From positions 38,626,001 to 38,690,000 of the forward strand of contig NC_043001.1 in NCBI RefSeq assembly GCF_006345805.1: a DNA stretch of 64,000 nt, written 5' to 3'. Of the stretch, positions 22,150 to 33,300 are shown one piece after another. This DNA comes from Octopus sinensis. Its lineage: Eukaryota. A model generated the notes under the pieces. That model had not been told where the DNA came from and did not search any database. It saw only the letters and a list, made by a program, of their open reading frames with translations. Position numbers and translations under genes: made by a program. Numbering within the stretch: position 1 is the stretch's first letter; each line of letters starts with the position of its first letter.

Positions 22150-23640
22150 GTAATAATACCAAACTTAAGCTATCTTCCCACAATTCTACCCACACAACAA
22201 CATATACTAACTGCAATACCATTTCCCAATCCAATACTGATATAGATTGTACTTCAGGTCTCCCTCACTAATAATGGACCAACAGAGCTCAGCCACCCCA
22301 GCAGTAAACTCCAACTACAGAGCAGAAAGGAAATCTTACAATTGTCAAGTTTCTCAACTATGCCTTCTTGGAGGCTTCTGTCTTTGTAAAAATGTAGTCT
22401 ACAAATGCCATGTTATAACACCACACTCCCACCAAACAAGGGTATATATTGCTGACACAGTTGATTGCAAGTGCCGCTATCTTGCATACTTATATACACA
22501 ACCTTAAATCTCAAAATATTCCATGTACCCTATCCTGGTCCATGATAAGTGAGGCTTCCCCAAATAATGCAAAATACAGTATGCGCAAATTATGTTTAAG
22601 AAAATTGCTAACCATCCTTTCTCTTCACAACACATTATTTAATAAATTCTCTGATGTAATTTTGTCTTGTAAATACAGGTACATCTTTTATTAAATCTAT
22701 GTAATCTCAACTATTAGTATCCATACTCAAAATTAACCGTGAACTAAGGCATAGTCATCCTAGCAACCTACTACATAATAAGGACTACCCCCACAATTTC
22801 TCAAACCTTTCCAAATTCTTCTAAACCACTACCTACTTCCCTCATAACTTCTCCACCCTCCTAAATAGCTTCTTATTTCTTCCCCTTACCAAAAGTAATT
22901 AACTCCTTTGGATACTAACCAACCAACTTCTACCCTCTCCCTATTCACATCCCTCTATTCAATTTCATACACCTCTGCATATCATGGCAATCCCCCTCCA
23001 ATACTGACCCAATTACTTTGTCCTACTAACAACTGCTATATTGACCATCGATTCACCTCCCACCCTATCTTCTCTCACATCTCTCCATACCTTAGCCATC
23101 TCCCTCTGCTATTGAACCAGTCAACTTTATTTCTCTCAAATAATGGCCATTTCCTTTCTCACTATCTCAACCATTAATTGTATAGCCTTCTTACAAAGTA
23201 ACATAAAGGACTACCATTTACATACTACCTAAATCACCCTCCCCTCTTCCTCTTACTTTCCATCTCTACTACTATAACTCCCTACAAGCCTCCTTATTAA
23301 TGCCTAATCATTGAAATTTATTTTCTCCTCTCACTATTCTCTATCTGAATACCTCTCCAATTCCCTCCTCTAATACACTTAATCTCCACAAAATCATTCC
23401 ATCTTTGAGCTTATTTCTGTCAACACCTCAAATGTAAGATCTGTTCCCTGAAGATGGAGGCTCATCTCATTCGACAATCAATCTACAAACATTATTTTGG
23501 ATCCCCGATCCCCCAGAAACAGCTGTTGGATTTGTAATACTTGATATCATTTCTATTCTGTGAAAATCAAACCGTTTTGTATATGTATTTTAATATACTT
23601 TGTACATTGACCCACCTAACTTACTTATCCTTACATTTAG
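22150..23640 (+). mobile_element. Penelope-like element remnant (GIY-YIG endonuclease C-terminus plus terminal repeat)
   Basis: CLLGGFCLCKNVVYKC..VYIADT and LK..NIP.TLSWSMI.EA.P....KLCL.KLL.IL...LFNK.S are GIY-YIG-like. A CT-rich tail follows and ends in a hammerhead motif. Confidence 0.75.
23445..23530 (+). ncRNA. Minimal type I hammerhead ribozyme motif
   Basis: Stem I TCC/GGA; core CTGAAGA (23448-23454); stem II TGGAG...CCCCA (one mismatch) with a long loop; GAAAC-AGCT-GTT with palindromic stem III. Confidence 0.65.
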
Positions 23641-23683
<43 letters not shown>

Positions 23684-23691
<8 letters not shown>

Positions 23692-24043
23692 TAACAATAA
23701 GGGTTTTGCAACAAGTTACTTGACCACATACTGAAAATTTTAGAAACAACGCTTGGTCGGAAATATAGGGGGCAAGTTTTCCTCTCATTTCTAGATTTAT
23801 CGGAATATTATGTTGATGAAAGAAATGAGTCTAATCCAGAAACGTACGTCCATAATTAACCGAAGACTGTTTGATCTCATTATTTTTCTTCTTTTTTTTG
23901 CCATATGTGAGTTACAAATATTGTTGTCTGTGGAGACATATTTTTGTAGAAAAAGGAAATAGTAGTCCTTTGGCTGCTATTTCTAAAATTTTTGGTATGT
24001 GGTCAAGCAACTTGTTGCAAAACCCTTATTGTTATAATTATAT
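23684..24043. mobile_element. MITE with ~60-bp terminal inverted repeats, TA-flanked
   Basis: The left end TATAATTATAACAATAAGGGTTTTGCAACAAGTTACTTGACCACATAC..AAATTTTAGAAA is the reverse complement of 23980-24043 with few mismatches. No coding capacity. Confidence 0.85.
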
Positions 24044-24144
24044 AAGTTTTTACCGAATACGGTCCTTTTCCATACCGAAATACTACTAGATGAAATTTGT
24101 TGATTTTATTAAATTAATTATCTTTCACCCTATATCTGTAATAA

Positions 24145-24220
<76 letters not shown>

Positions 24221-24299
24221 ATATTTAAAGGGCTAAAGAACCACTATGTGGTCAGCCATATATGTATATATATATATATATATACATACATCTATATAT

Positions 24300-26020
24300 C
24301 ATTATCATCATCATCATTGTTGTTGTTGTTTAACATCTGCTTTCCATGCTGGCATGGGTTGGATGGTTTGATTGAGGGCGGGCAAGACAGAAGGCTGCAC
24401 CAGGCACCAATCTGATCTGGCAATGTTTCTACAGCTGGATGCCCTTCCTAACGCTAACCACTCTGAGAGTGTAGTGAGTGCCTTTTACATGCCTCTGGCA
24501 TGAGGGCTATTCAGGCAGTACAGGCATTAGCCACACTCAAATGGTACTTTTTACATGCCACCAACATGGGGACTAGTCAGGTGGCACTGGCAACGACCAT
24601 GCTTGAATGGTGCTTTTTACAAGCCACCTGGATGGGACCAGTGAACCAGCACTGGCATTAATCACGTTTGAATGGTGCTTTTTACGTGCCACTGGCACAG
24701 GTGCCAATTAGTTGCTAATGTCATTGGCCTTGAGAACGACTTTACTTGCCTCAACAGGTTTTTGCAAGCACAGTTTAATGCCCAATGATTGAAGGGTGCT
24801 CTTAAATGGGCTGGTTATGCTGCACTGGCATAGGCCACGGTTATGGTCTCACTTGGCTTGTTAGGTCTTCTCAAGGTCTCGGTCACTTGTCATCACCTTG
24901 GTGAAGCTCAACGCTTGAAGGTCATGCTTCACCACCTCATCCCAGGTCTTCTTGGGTCTACCTCTTCCACAGGTTCCCTCTACTGCAAGGGTGTGGCACT
25001 TTTTCACACCTGCATGGATCCCAGTCATGTGGTGCTGTCATCGAATTTGATTTCAATTTCACTTGCCTCAACAGATCTTCGCAAGCAGAGTTTAGTGTCC
25101 AATGAAGGATAGGTATGCATAAGTGGGCTGGTTACACCACTGGCATAGGCCATGGGTTATGGTCTCACAGCACATTTCCAAAAGCCTTGATCGCTAGTCA
25201 TTGCCTCGGTGAGGCCTAATGTTCGAAGGTCATGCTTCCTGGGTCTACCACATCCACAGGTTCCCTCAACTGCTAGGGTGTGACACTTTTTCACACTGCT
25301 ATCCTCATCCATTCTCACCACATGACCATACTAGTGCAGTCATCTCTCTAGCACACCACATCTGATGCTTCTTAGGTCCAACTTTTCTCTCAAGGTACTT
25401 ATACTCTGTCGAGTACGAACACTGACATTATACGTCCAGCAGAGCATAGTGGCTTCATTCCTCTAGTTCTGATAGTGACTCAGCAATTAGAGCAAGGTCA
25501 TTAGCATAGAGGAGCTCCTAGGGGCATCCTGTCTTGAATTCCTCTGTAATTACCTGGAGGACTATGATAAATAGGAGGGAGTTGAGGACTGAATCTTGGT
25601 GGACCTCTACCTCTACCCAGAATTCTTCACTATACTCATTACCAAACCCCACCTTACTGACAGCATCTCAGAACATGGCTTGCACAGCTCTCACTAACCA
25701 TTCATATATCCCTAGTTTCCTCATTGACCACCAGATAAGGGATCGGGGGACCCTGTCAAAAGCTTTCTCCATGTCAACGAAAGCCAGGTACAGAGGTTTA
25801 TCTTTGGCTAGGTATTTCTCCTGCAGCTGTCTTACCAGAAATATAGCTTCAGTGGTGCTTTTCCCTGGCATGAACCCAAACTGCATCTCATCTAAACTGA
25901 CTCTCTCCCTAATTAGTTGGGCTATGACCCTCTCTGTGACCTTCATCACCTGATCCAGCAGTTTGATACCCCTGTAGTTATTTCTATCTAAATCATCACC
26001 TTTACCTTTGTAGCAGTTGA
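24300..26020 (-). mobile_element. 5'-truncated, internally deleted RTE-clade LINE
   Basis: (TCA)n tail and repetitive 3'UTR at 24300-24830; EGTCGRGRP.KTWDEVVKHD C-terminus present twice; RT segment NYRGIKLLDQVMK..QFGFMPGKST..DMEKAFDRVP at 25.7-26.0 kb. Confidence 0.9.
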
Positions 26021-26029
26021 CCATGGTGA

Positions 26030-26608
26030 GGAAGCAAGGTCTAGAATCAAAGGGCCTTAGGGTTAACCTAGCAAAGACCAAAGTCTTAGTAAGTAGGAAG
26101 GCTGTCAAATCACAACCTCCTTCAGGTAGATGGCCTTGCTCGATCTGTAGAAAAGGCGTGGGTAGAAACTCCACATGATGTACCCAGTGTAAGCTATGGA
26201 CACACAAAAGGTGCAGCAATATCAAAGGAAGTTTAACTGGGACAATAGTTTTTGTGTGTGGCTGATGCACTGGGGCAATAAACACTGGAGATGTACAGAA
26301 AACAGATTCCATCACATTCCAGGGGAAGAAACTAGAAGTAGTTAATAGCTTCTGGTACCTAGGCAACAAAGTCTGTAGTGGGGCTGATTGCTCTGAAAGT
26401 GTAGCGACTAGAGTAAGAATAGCCTGGGCAAAGTTCAGAGAACTCCTACCTCTGCTGGCAACTAAGGGCCTCTCGCTGAGGGTAAAAGGTAGACTGTATG
26501 ATGCATGTGTGCGAACTGCCATGCTACACAGTAGTGAAACATGGGCCATGAATGCTGAGGACATGTGTAGGCCTGAAAGAAATGAAGATAGTATGATCTG
26601 CTGGATGT

Positions 26609-26643
<35 letters not shown>

Positions 26644-28290
26644 TGTGTACAGTGCACAGGTGCACTACAACTCATCTAAAGTGTATATATAATCAGGTGT
26701 AGTTTCGGCGGATTTTGGAAAGCATGAGGGCCTTAAAAGATGCAGTGTCATGGCAGTCAACAACTGACGCAGGCAGTTTATTCCATGCTTCAGCAACTCT
26801 GAGCGTGAAAAAATGTTTCCGAAAGTCATGGGAGCTGTATTGTTTTCTGACTTTGTAGGCATGTCCACGTGTGTTAGACACATGGAGATCAAAAAGGTGT
26901 TCAGTGTTGTTGTTGGTGAGGTGGTTGATAACTTTGTGGGTGTTTACCAAGTCCGTCGCCAAACGCCGGAGCTTCAGTGAATCCATGCCCAGGGAAACAA
27001 GGCGCTCAGAATATGGTAGGTGTCTGATGGAGGGTATGCGTTTGGTTGCACGTCTCTGGACAGATTCCAGGAGGTCAATGTTCTGTGCAAGATAGGGGTT
27101 CCAAACTGATGATGCGAATTCCAAGTGTGGTCGTACCATAGCTGTATACAGTTTTAAATAGATGGCTGGAGAGCGGCTAACAAAAGACCTGCTGAGTGAT
27201 GCCAAGACACCCTCGGCCTTCCTGACAATCTTAGAGATATGCTTTGACCAACGCAAATCACTGCTGACAGTGATGCCTAGGTCACGCTCGCAAGAGGATT
27301 TCTTGATATCAGTGTTGTGGAGGGAGTAAGTGAACGCAGGGTTTTTTCTCCCAAAATGCATGGTGGTACACTTGTCCACAGCCAGTTTCAGTTGCCAGTC
27401 TGTGATCCATTGCTGCATTGTGTCAGTATGCATACACAACAGTGTGTAAGCGCCCTGAGAGAAAAGTTGGGCATAAGAAGCATCAAATGTGGTGTGCAAG
27501 AGAAGTAACTGCGCTGGTATGGCCATGTATTATGTATGAATGAAGACAGCTGTGTGAGGAAGTACCACTCCATAACTGTAGAAGGAACTGGTGGAAGAGG
27601 TTGATCCAGGAAGACAAGAGGTGGTGAAGTGTGACCTTTGAACATTGGGCCTCACAAAGGAAATGACAGAAGACAGGGACATCTGGAGCTGTGCAGTGAT
27701 TGAGAAGACCCGGTAACTAAAGTGAGATCACAGCCATGCACATCTAGCCTTGTTAAGAATACTCCTGATACGTCAGGCGACATGATATGCTTGAGAAAAC
27801 CTGTTGAGTCAAGTAAAATCAATATCGTAGCTGGGGCTGGTGCTCCTTGACTGGCTCCCATGGCGGTGATACGTAAAAATCACCAACTGAACATGGCTGA
27901 TACCAGTACCCTCAGACTGGCTCCCATGCTGGTGGCATGTAAAAAGCACCATCTGAACATGATCGATACCAGGTCTGCCTCACTGGCTCCTGTGCCAGTG
28001 TCACATAAAAAGCATCAACTGATCATGACCGATGTCAGTACCCACTGACTGGCTACTGTGCCAGTGGTATGTAAAAAGCACCAGCTGAATGTGATTGTTG
28101 CCAGGCCCACCTTATTGGCTCTTGTACTGGTGGCACATAAAAAGCATTCACTAGATTCTTGGAGTCGTTGGTATTAGGAAGGGTATCCACCTGTAGAAAT
28201 TCTGCCGGACCAGATTGGAACAGCTGGTTCTCTAGACCTCTGTCATACTCTCCAACCCATGCTAGCAAGGAAAATGGACGTTAATCGATG
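26030..28290 (+). mobile_element. 5'-truncated RTE-clade LINE, interrupted by a CR1 fragment
   Basis: GLESKGLRVNLAKTKV...WPCSICRKG...AWAKFRELLPLL...SETW; resumes at ~27420 with REKLGIRSIKCGVQE, then the 3'UTR and a (GAT)n tail. Confidence 0.88.
26611..27420 (-). mobile_element. 5'-truncated CR1-clade LINE nested in an RTE
   Basis: Open C-terminal frame (ERDLGI, VRPHLEFAS.VWNPY, LESVQRRATK, NTRGH..K, HFFTLRV..WNKLP). The 3'UTR carries the hairpin agtgcacctgtgcact and an (ATT)n tail. The host RTE sequence tgtaa|tgtcag is split around it. Confidence 0.9.
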
Positions 28291-28318
28291 ATGATGATAT
28301 AGATATACCTATATATAT

Positions 28319-28349
<31 letters not shown>

Positions 28350-28354
28350 CTATA

Positions 28355-30610
28355 ACCTAGTCACCCGTATAGTCAACCAGGTGATACACGAAGGAGTCAT
28401 ACCCAATGACTGGTGCAGCAGCATACTAGTCAACTGCTACAAAGGTAAAGGTGATGCCCTAGATACAAATAATTACAGAGGTATCAAGCTGTTGGATCAA
28501 GTAATGAAGGTTACGGAGAGGGTCATAGCCCAACTAATTAGAGAGAGAGTTAGTTTAGATGAGATGCAGTTTGGGTTCGTGCCAGGGAAAAGTACCACTG
28601 ATGCTATATTCCTGGTAAGGCAGCTGCAGGAGAAATACCTAGCCAAAGATAAGCTCCTGTACCTGGCTTTCGTTGACATGGAGAAAGCTTTTGATAGGGT
28701 CCCCCGATCCCTTATCTGGTGGTCAATGAGGAAACTAGGGATAGATGAATGGCTGGTGAGGACTGTGCAAGCCATGTACAGAGATGCCGTAAGTAAGGTT
28801 AGGGTTGGCAACATGTACACAGAAGAATTCAAATAGAGGTTGGGGTCCACCAGGGTTCAGTACTCAGCCCCCTCCTATTTATCATAGTACTCCAGGCAAT
28901 TACGGAGGAATTCAAGACAGGCTGTCCCTGGGAGCTCCTCTACGCTGACGACCTTGCTCTTATTGCTGAGTCACTATCAGAACTGGAGGAGAAGTTCCAG
29001 GTGTGGAAGGAGGGTTTAGAATCAAGGGGCCTTAGAGTCAACCTAGCTAAAACCAAAGTACTAATAAGTAGAAAGGTAGACAATCCACAAATATCTTCAG
29101 GAAGATGGCCCTGCTCGATCTGTAGAAAAGGTGTAGGTAGAAACTCTATAAGATGTACCCAGTGTAAGCTATGGACACATAAGAGGTGCAGCAATGTCAA
29201 AGGTAGGCTAACTGGGAAGATAGTTTTTGTATGTGGCAGATGCTCGGGAGCATTAACCTCCGAAAATCTGCAGAAAACAACTTCCGTCACTTTCCAGGGG
29301 GAAAAACTAGAAGTAGTTGATAGCTTCCGTTATCTAGGTGACCAAGTCAGTAGTGGGGGTGGGTGCGCTGAAAGTGTAACTGCTAGAATAAGAATAGCCT
29401 GGGCAAAGTTTAGGGAGCTCTTACCTCTGCTGGTGACTAAAGGCCTCTCGCTCAGAGTAAAAGGCAGACTGTATGATGCGTGTGTACGAACAGCCATGCT
29501 ACATGGCAGCGAAACATGGACCGTGACTGCTGAGGACATGCGTAAGCTCGTGAGGAATGAAGCCAGTATGCTCCGATGGATGTGTAATGTCAGTGTACAT
29601 ACTCGACAGAGCGTTAGCACCTTGAGAGAAATGTTGTACCTAAGAAACATCAGTTGTGGTGTGCAAGAGAGACGATTGCGCTGGTATGGTCATGTGGCGA
29701 GAATGGATGAAGATAGGTGTGTGAGAAAGTGCCAATCCCTAGCAGTTGAGGGAACCCGTGGAAGAGGTAGACCCAGGAAAACCTGGGACGAGGTGGTGAA
29801 GCACGACCATCGAACTTTAGGCCTCACTGAGGACAATGACCGGTTGAGGCAAGCGAAGTCGATATAGAACCTCATCCGACGACAGACACCCATGCCAACC
29901 CCCCATGCTTGCGAAGGACATGTTGGGGAGCGAAATCGAAATCGAAATCGAAACCGAATTGAACCAGCCAGGATCCCTGGCCTGGTGGTACGTAAAAAGC
30001 ACTATCCGACTCGTGGCCATGGCACGTAAAATACTCCAATGCGACCGTACGACAGGCACCCATGCCAACCCCCCTTTGCTTGTGAAGACATGTTGGGGCA
30101 AGCGAAATCGAAATCGAATTGAACCAGCCAGGATCCCTGGTCTGGTGGTACGTAAAAAGCACTATCCGACTCGTGGCCGTGGCACGTAAAATACTCCAAT
30201 GCGACCGTACGACAGGCACCCTTGCCAACCCCCTTTGCTTGTGAAGACATGTTGGGGAAATCGAAATCGAATTGAACCAGCCAGGATCCCTGGTCTGGTG
30301 GTACGTAAAAAGCACTATCCGACTCGTGGCCGATGCCAGCACCGCCTCGACTGGCTTCTGTGCCGGTGGCACATAAAATACACCAATCTGACCGTGGCCG
30401 TTGCCAGCCCCGCCTGGCACCTGTGCAGGTGGCACGTAAAAAGCACCCACTACACTCACGGAGTGGTTGGCGTTAGGAAGGGCATCCAGCTGTAGAAACA
30501 TTGCCAAATTAGACTGGAGCCTGGTGCAGCCTTCTGGCTTCCCAGAACCCCGGTCGAACCGTCCAACCCATGCTAGCATGGAGAACGGACGTTAAACGAC
30601 GATGATGATG
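28355..30610 (+). mobile_element. Relatively young 5'-truncated RTE-clade LINE with expanded 3'UTR
   Basis: ORFs 28381-28836 and 29001-29867 are consecutive RT segments (QFGFVPGKSTTD, HQGSVLSP, YADD in the intervening frame, YLG, GSETW, RLRWYGHV); ends in a (GAT)n tail. Confidence 0.93.
29875..30335 (+). repeat. ~165-170 bp tandem repeat (about 2.7 copies) with internal (GAAATC)n in the RTE 3' region
   Basis: accc(a/t)tgccaacccc recurs at ~29887, ~30057 and ~30218. Confidence 0.85.
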
Positions 30611-30626
30611 ATATACATATATGTAT

Positions 30627-30657
<31 letters not shown>

Positions 30658-30860
30658 GGGAGATGTACTTGCATAGCAAGTGATTTGATCTGAGATTGTG
30701 TGCTGGAATGAAAACAATTGCAGTGTGGAAGGTGTTTGTAAGCCATTTAAGAAACACACAAAAGCCATTCGATTCACTTCAACATTTAAGTTTAATTTGT
30801 CAAAATATTTTCGTCGCTATAAGACCGCAACCTGTTCACTGACAAAAATCCGTGCTGCAT
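30658..30860 (-). repeat. Short dispersed element (Penelope-terminal-like), second copy at 52123-52440
   Basis: Shares gagatgtacttgcatagcaagtga...ggaaggtgtttgtaagccatttaagaaacacac...gacc.c.acctgttcactgacaaaa with the 52.1-52.4 kb element. Confidence 0.75.
30796..30846 (-). ncRNA. Minimal type I hammerhead ribozyme-like motif with G3:C8-swapped core (GUGAACA)
   Basis: Minus strand: TTTGTCA-GTGAACA-G-GTTGC(ggtcttata)GCGAC-GAAA-ATATTT-TGACAAA. This gives a 7-bp stem I, a 5-bp stem II and a palindromic stem III AAAATATTTT. Confidence 0.6.
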
Positions 30861-30863
30861 CAC

Positions 30864-30900
<37 letters not shown>

Positions 30901-31378
30901 TATAGGTATATACATACACAAAACCATGTTGATATTTTGGTTCATTGACTGACAAGGAAAACTCAGCTGCAAATATTCCTTGTGTTGTGCCTTTGTCTAT
31001 ATTTCCTGTCCTTTAAGTTTTTATCTAGCTTTCCATTTGCTCTACTTTTGTCTAACTTTTTCTCCTAGTTGTGTTCTGTCTGTACAATCCTTGATATATA
31101 TATATATATATATATATAATTTAATAAAGGCAGTATATGATCTTATGTGCTATTATCAGTTACATGTGCTGAGAGCATGCCAAACAGTATTTTATAGCAT
31201 GTCTGGTGTCCCAACACAATCATCAGACACTGACGATTGTGCCGGGACACCTCACTGTGCATGCCACATGTACTGCCACCTGTTGGTGTGCCGCAGAACA
31301 AGTGAGGAAACATTTTGCTACCACCTTGGTATGTAAAGCAATAAAAAGTATAAAGATATTTGTTTGAATTATACTTAC

Positions 31379-31420
31379 TGTTAGGTTTCTGTGTAACATT
31401 AACATAAATATCTTCCGTAT
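31379..31420 (-). CDS. Unique micro-exon (42 nt, phase 1-1): (N/D)TEDIYVNVTQKPN, YxN motif
   Basis: Strong acceptor tttttatttcatctcttag| and strong donor A|GTAAGT; length divisible by 3; open; same phase as the array exons. Confidence 0.75.
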
Positions 31421-31739
31421 CTAAGAGATGAAATAAAAATGAATTTATTTATTAGCTGCAACTGTTTCTCAGGTAAAATGAGTAGGAAAATATTAATGAT
31501 TTAATATTAAAAAAAAATTCAAACAAAGAAAGCATAACAAAAAGAATGAATTATCTAAATTATCAATGCAAGCAAGATAAATGAAGCCAAGGAACAAATA
31601 TCTATTTTTCATAACCAGCAATATCTATGAATATGTGAGAAGTATTGTTGTTGCTGATGTAGGCATTCAGTCCCAAGTTAGAGCAATGATCATATGTCTT
31701 CTATTCCATATTTCATTCAGACAGGATACAATGCATCCT

Positions 31740-31910
31740 TTTCTTTTTAAGGATGCAGAGGGGATAAGTTGATTACTTATTACTCCAATCCTCAAGTGGT
31801 ACTTATTTTATCAACCCTAAATGGATGAATCTGAACTCAGAACGTAAAGACAGATGAAACACTACTAAGCATTCTGCCTGGTGTGCTAATGATTTTGCCT
31901 TGCCTTGTGA
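31740..31910 (-). mobile_element. tRNA-derived SINE fragment
   Basis: Reverse complement of the SINE head seen in tandem at 61.3-61.9 kb (atcattagcac.cc.ggc.gaatgcttag...gttctgagttca). Confidence 0.7.
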
Positions 31911-32959
31911 AGATATTGATAATACATAAAGTGAAACAGTTTTAACTGAGTGCTGAAACTGCATCATGGGAATGATTTTGAAAAACCAACTCACATTATA
32001 TAAAGCATACAGTATAGAATAAACAGAATAGAAACTCTGGATTATGGTAAATATTAATGAGTAAAATCTTAAGATGTAAGACCCTGAAGTTACAATTCGA
32101 TTCCAACTAGAGGTAAGTTGAGGTAATTTGCTGTATATGTTGTGAGTACACACCTATGGCATACAAGTAATCAGATGAACAACTAAATATGATACACAAA
32201 TGTAATATAAACTATAAAGTTGAGAAATAAATTCAATTTAAATTTAACTATACAGCAATTCTTCAAACATCTTTAATTCTTCAGCATTCACATTACTCTT
32301 TCAACTGTAATGCTTATTTATTCACATTGATTTGAGTTCTTGTATCTTTGAGATTCAATGATATGATTGCCTAGTTTTGGAATGACAGTAAGGTAGGCGT
32401 GAGAAATCTAATCTGATCAGTTTGAACATAAAATGGGAAGAATATTTGGGTCAGATCTGGCCGGATTAAATGCTAAAGGGTAATTCTAGTAAACTATGTA
32501 CAACTTCAGCAAAAATCTATTAAATGCATCTACTGTACCTCTTCCCATCATTGCTACTGTATTGTTAAATTACTTAATTTCGTTCTTTTTTTATTCCTAT
32601 AATATTAACACATTGTTTATAGTGCTTTGTTTGATAATATTAGGAGTAGCTTCAGAGTATGGAACATATCACAACAGTTTTATTATCTTTAATTAATGAA
32701 ATATTTAAGAAAAATATATTTTGTTTACTTCCAAATCTTAGTGCATAAAACTAATTGTTACTGTTATTTCATTCTACAATCAAGCACACAATCTAGAAAT
32801 TGAATAAAAAAAACAACTTAACCACTAAAATTTAAGTAGCCTACTATATAGTCTCTTATTATTATGCTTCTGCCTGGGCAGAAATCATCATCTATAACAA
32901 TTTTTTTGGTTGCCAACAGAGGTAAAAACTCTGAATTTTTTTTCAGCCTATTCTAATTC

Positions 32960-33300
32960 AAGCAATTACACTTTTGCAACATCCTCCTCCATTGCAAATT
33001 ATGTCACTTAGGAACAGAAATTATCTACAACCTCTAGAGAGCCTCCAGGGCACTCAAGAAAATCAATTTCTCATGTATCTGTAGACTTTATAGCTCTTGT
33101 GCATCTTTCACACACAAGCACTACTTTCTCCATTAACCTTCCTGTGATTCCACTGTGAGTCCATCACTTACACTAGGTCCATTGAACAGAACTCCTGCCT
33201 ACACCTTTCCTACATATCAGGCAGGATTATTTACCTGAAGCTGTTAGGGTCCAGTCTGTTTCCTTGCTTACTAGGACCTCGGTCTTTGCTCAGTTAATTT
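32960..33300 (-). mobile_element. Degenerate RTE fragment
   Basis: Minus strand reads GVGR.SVQ.T*CK*W..SGITGRL.EKVV.VCERC, the zinc-finger region of the RTE family. Confidence 0.7.

Noticed and set aside
25668-27526. ORFs 25668-26675 (335 aa) and 26693-27526 (277 aa) as genes
   Set aside because: Chimeric read-throughs across junctions of antisense RTE, sense RTE, microsatellite and CR1 sequence.
24480-30450. Short repeats (ggtgctttttac.tgccac) with variable spacers resembling a CRISPR array
   Set aside because: They are the degenerate subrepeats of the RTE 3'UTR, recurring at 24.5, 27.9, 30.4, 45.7 and 47.6 kb. The context is eukaryotic, with no cas genes.
32496-32696. Hydrophobic ORF as the missing transmembrane segment
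   Set aside because: Wrong strand for the minus-strand gene, no convincing splice sites, and its composition is typical of AT-rich non-coding DNA.
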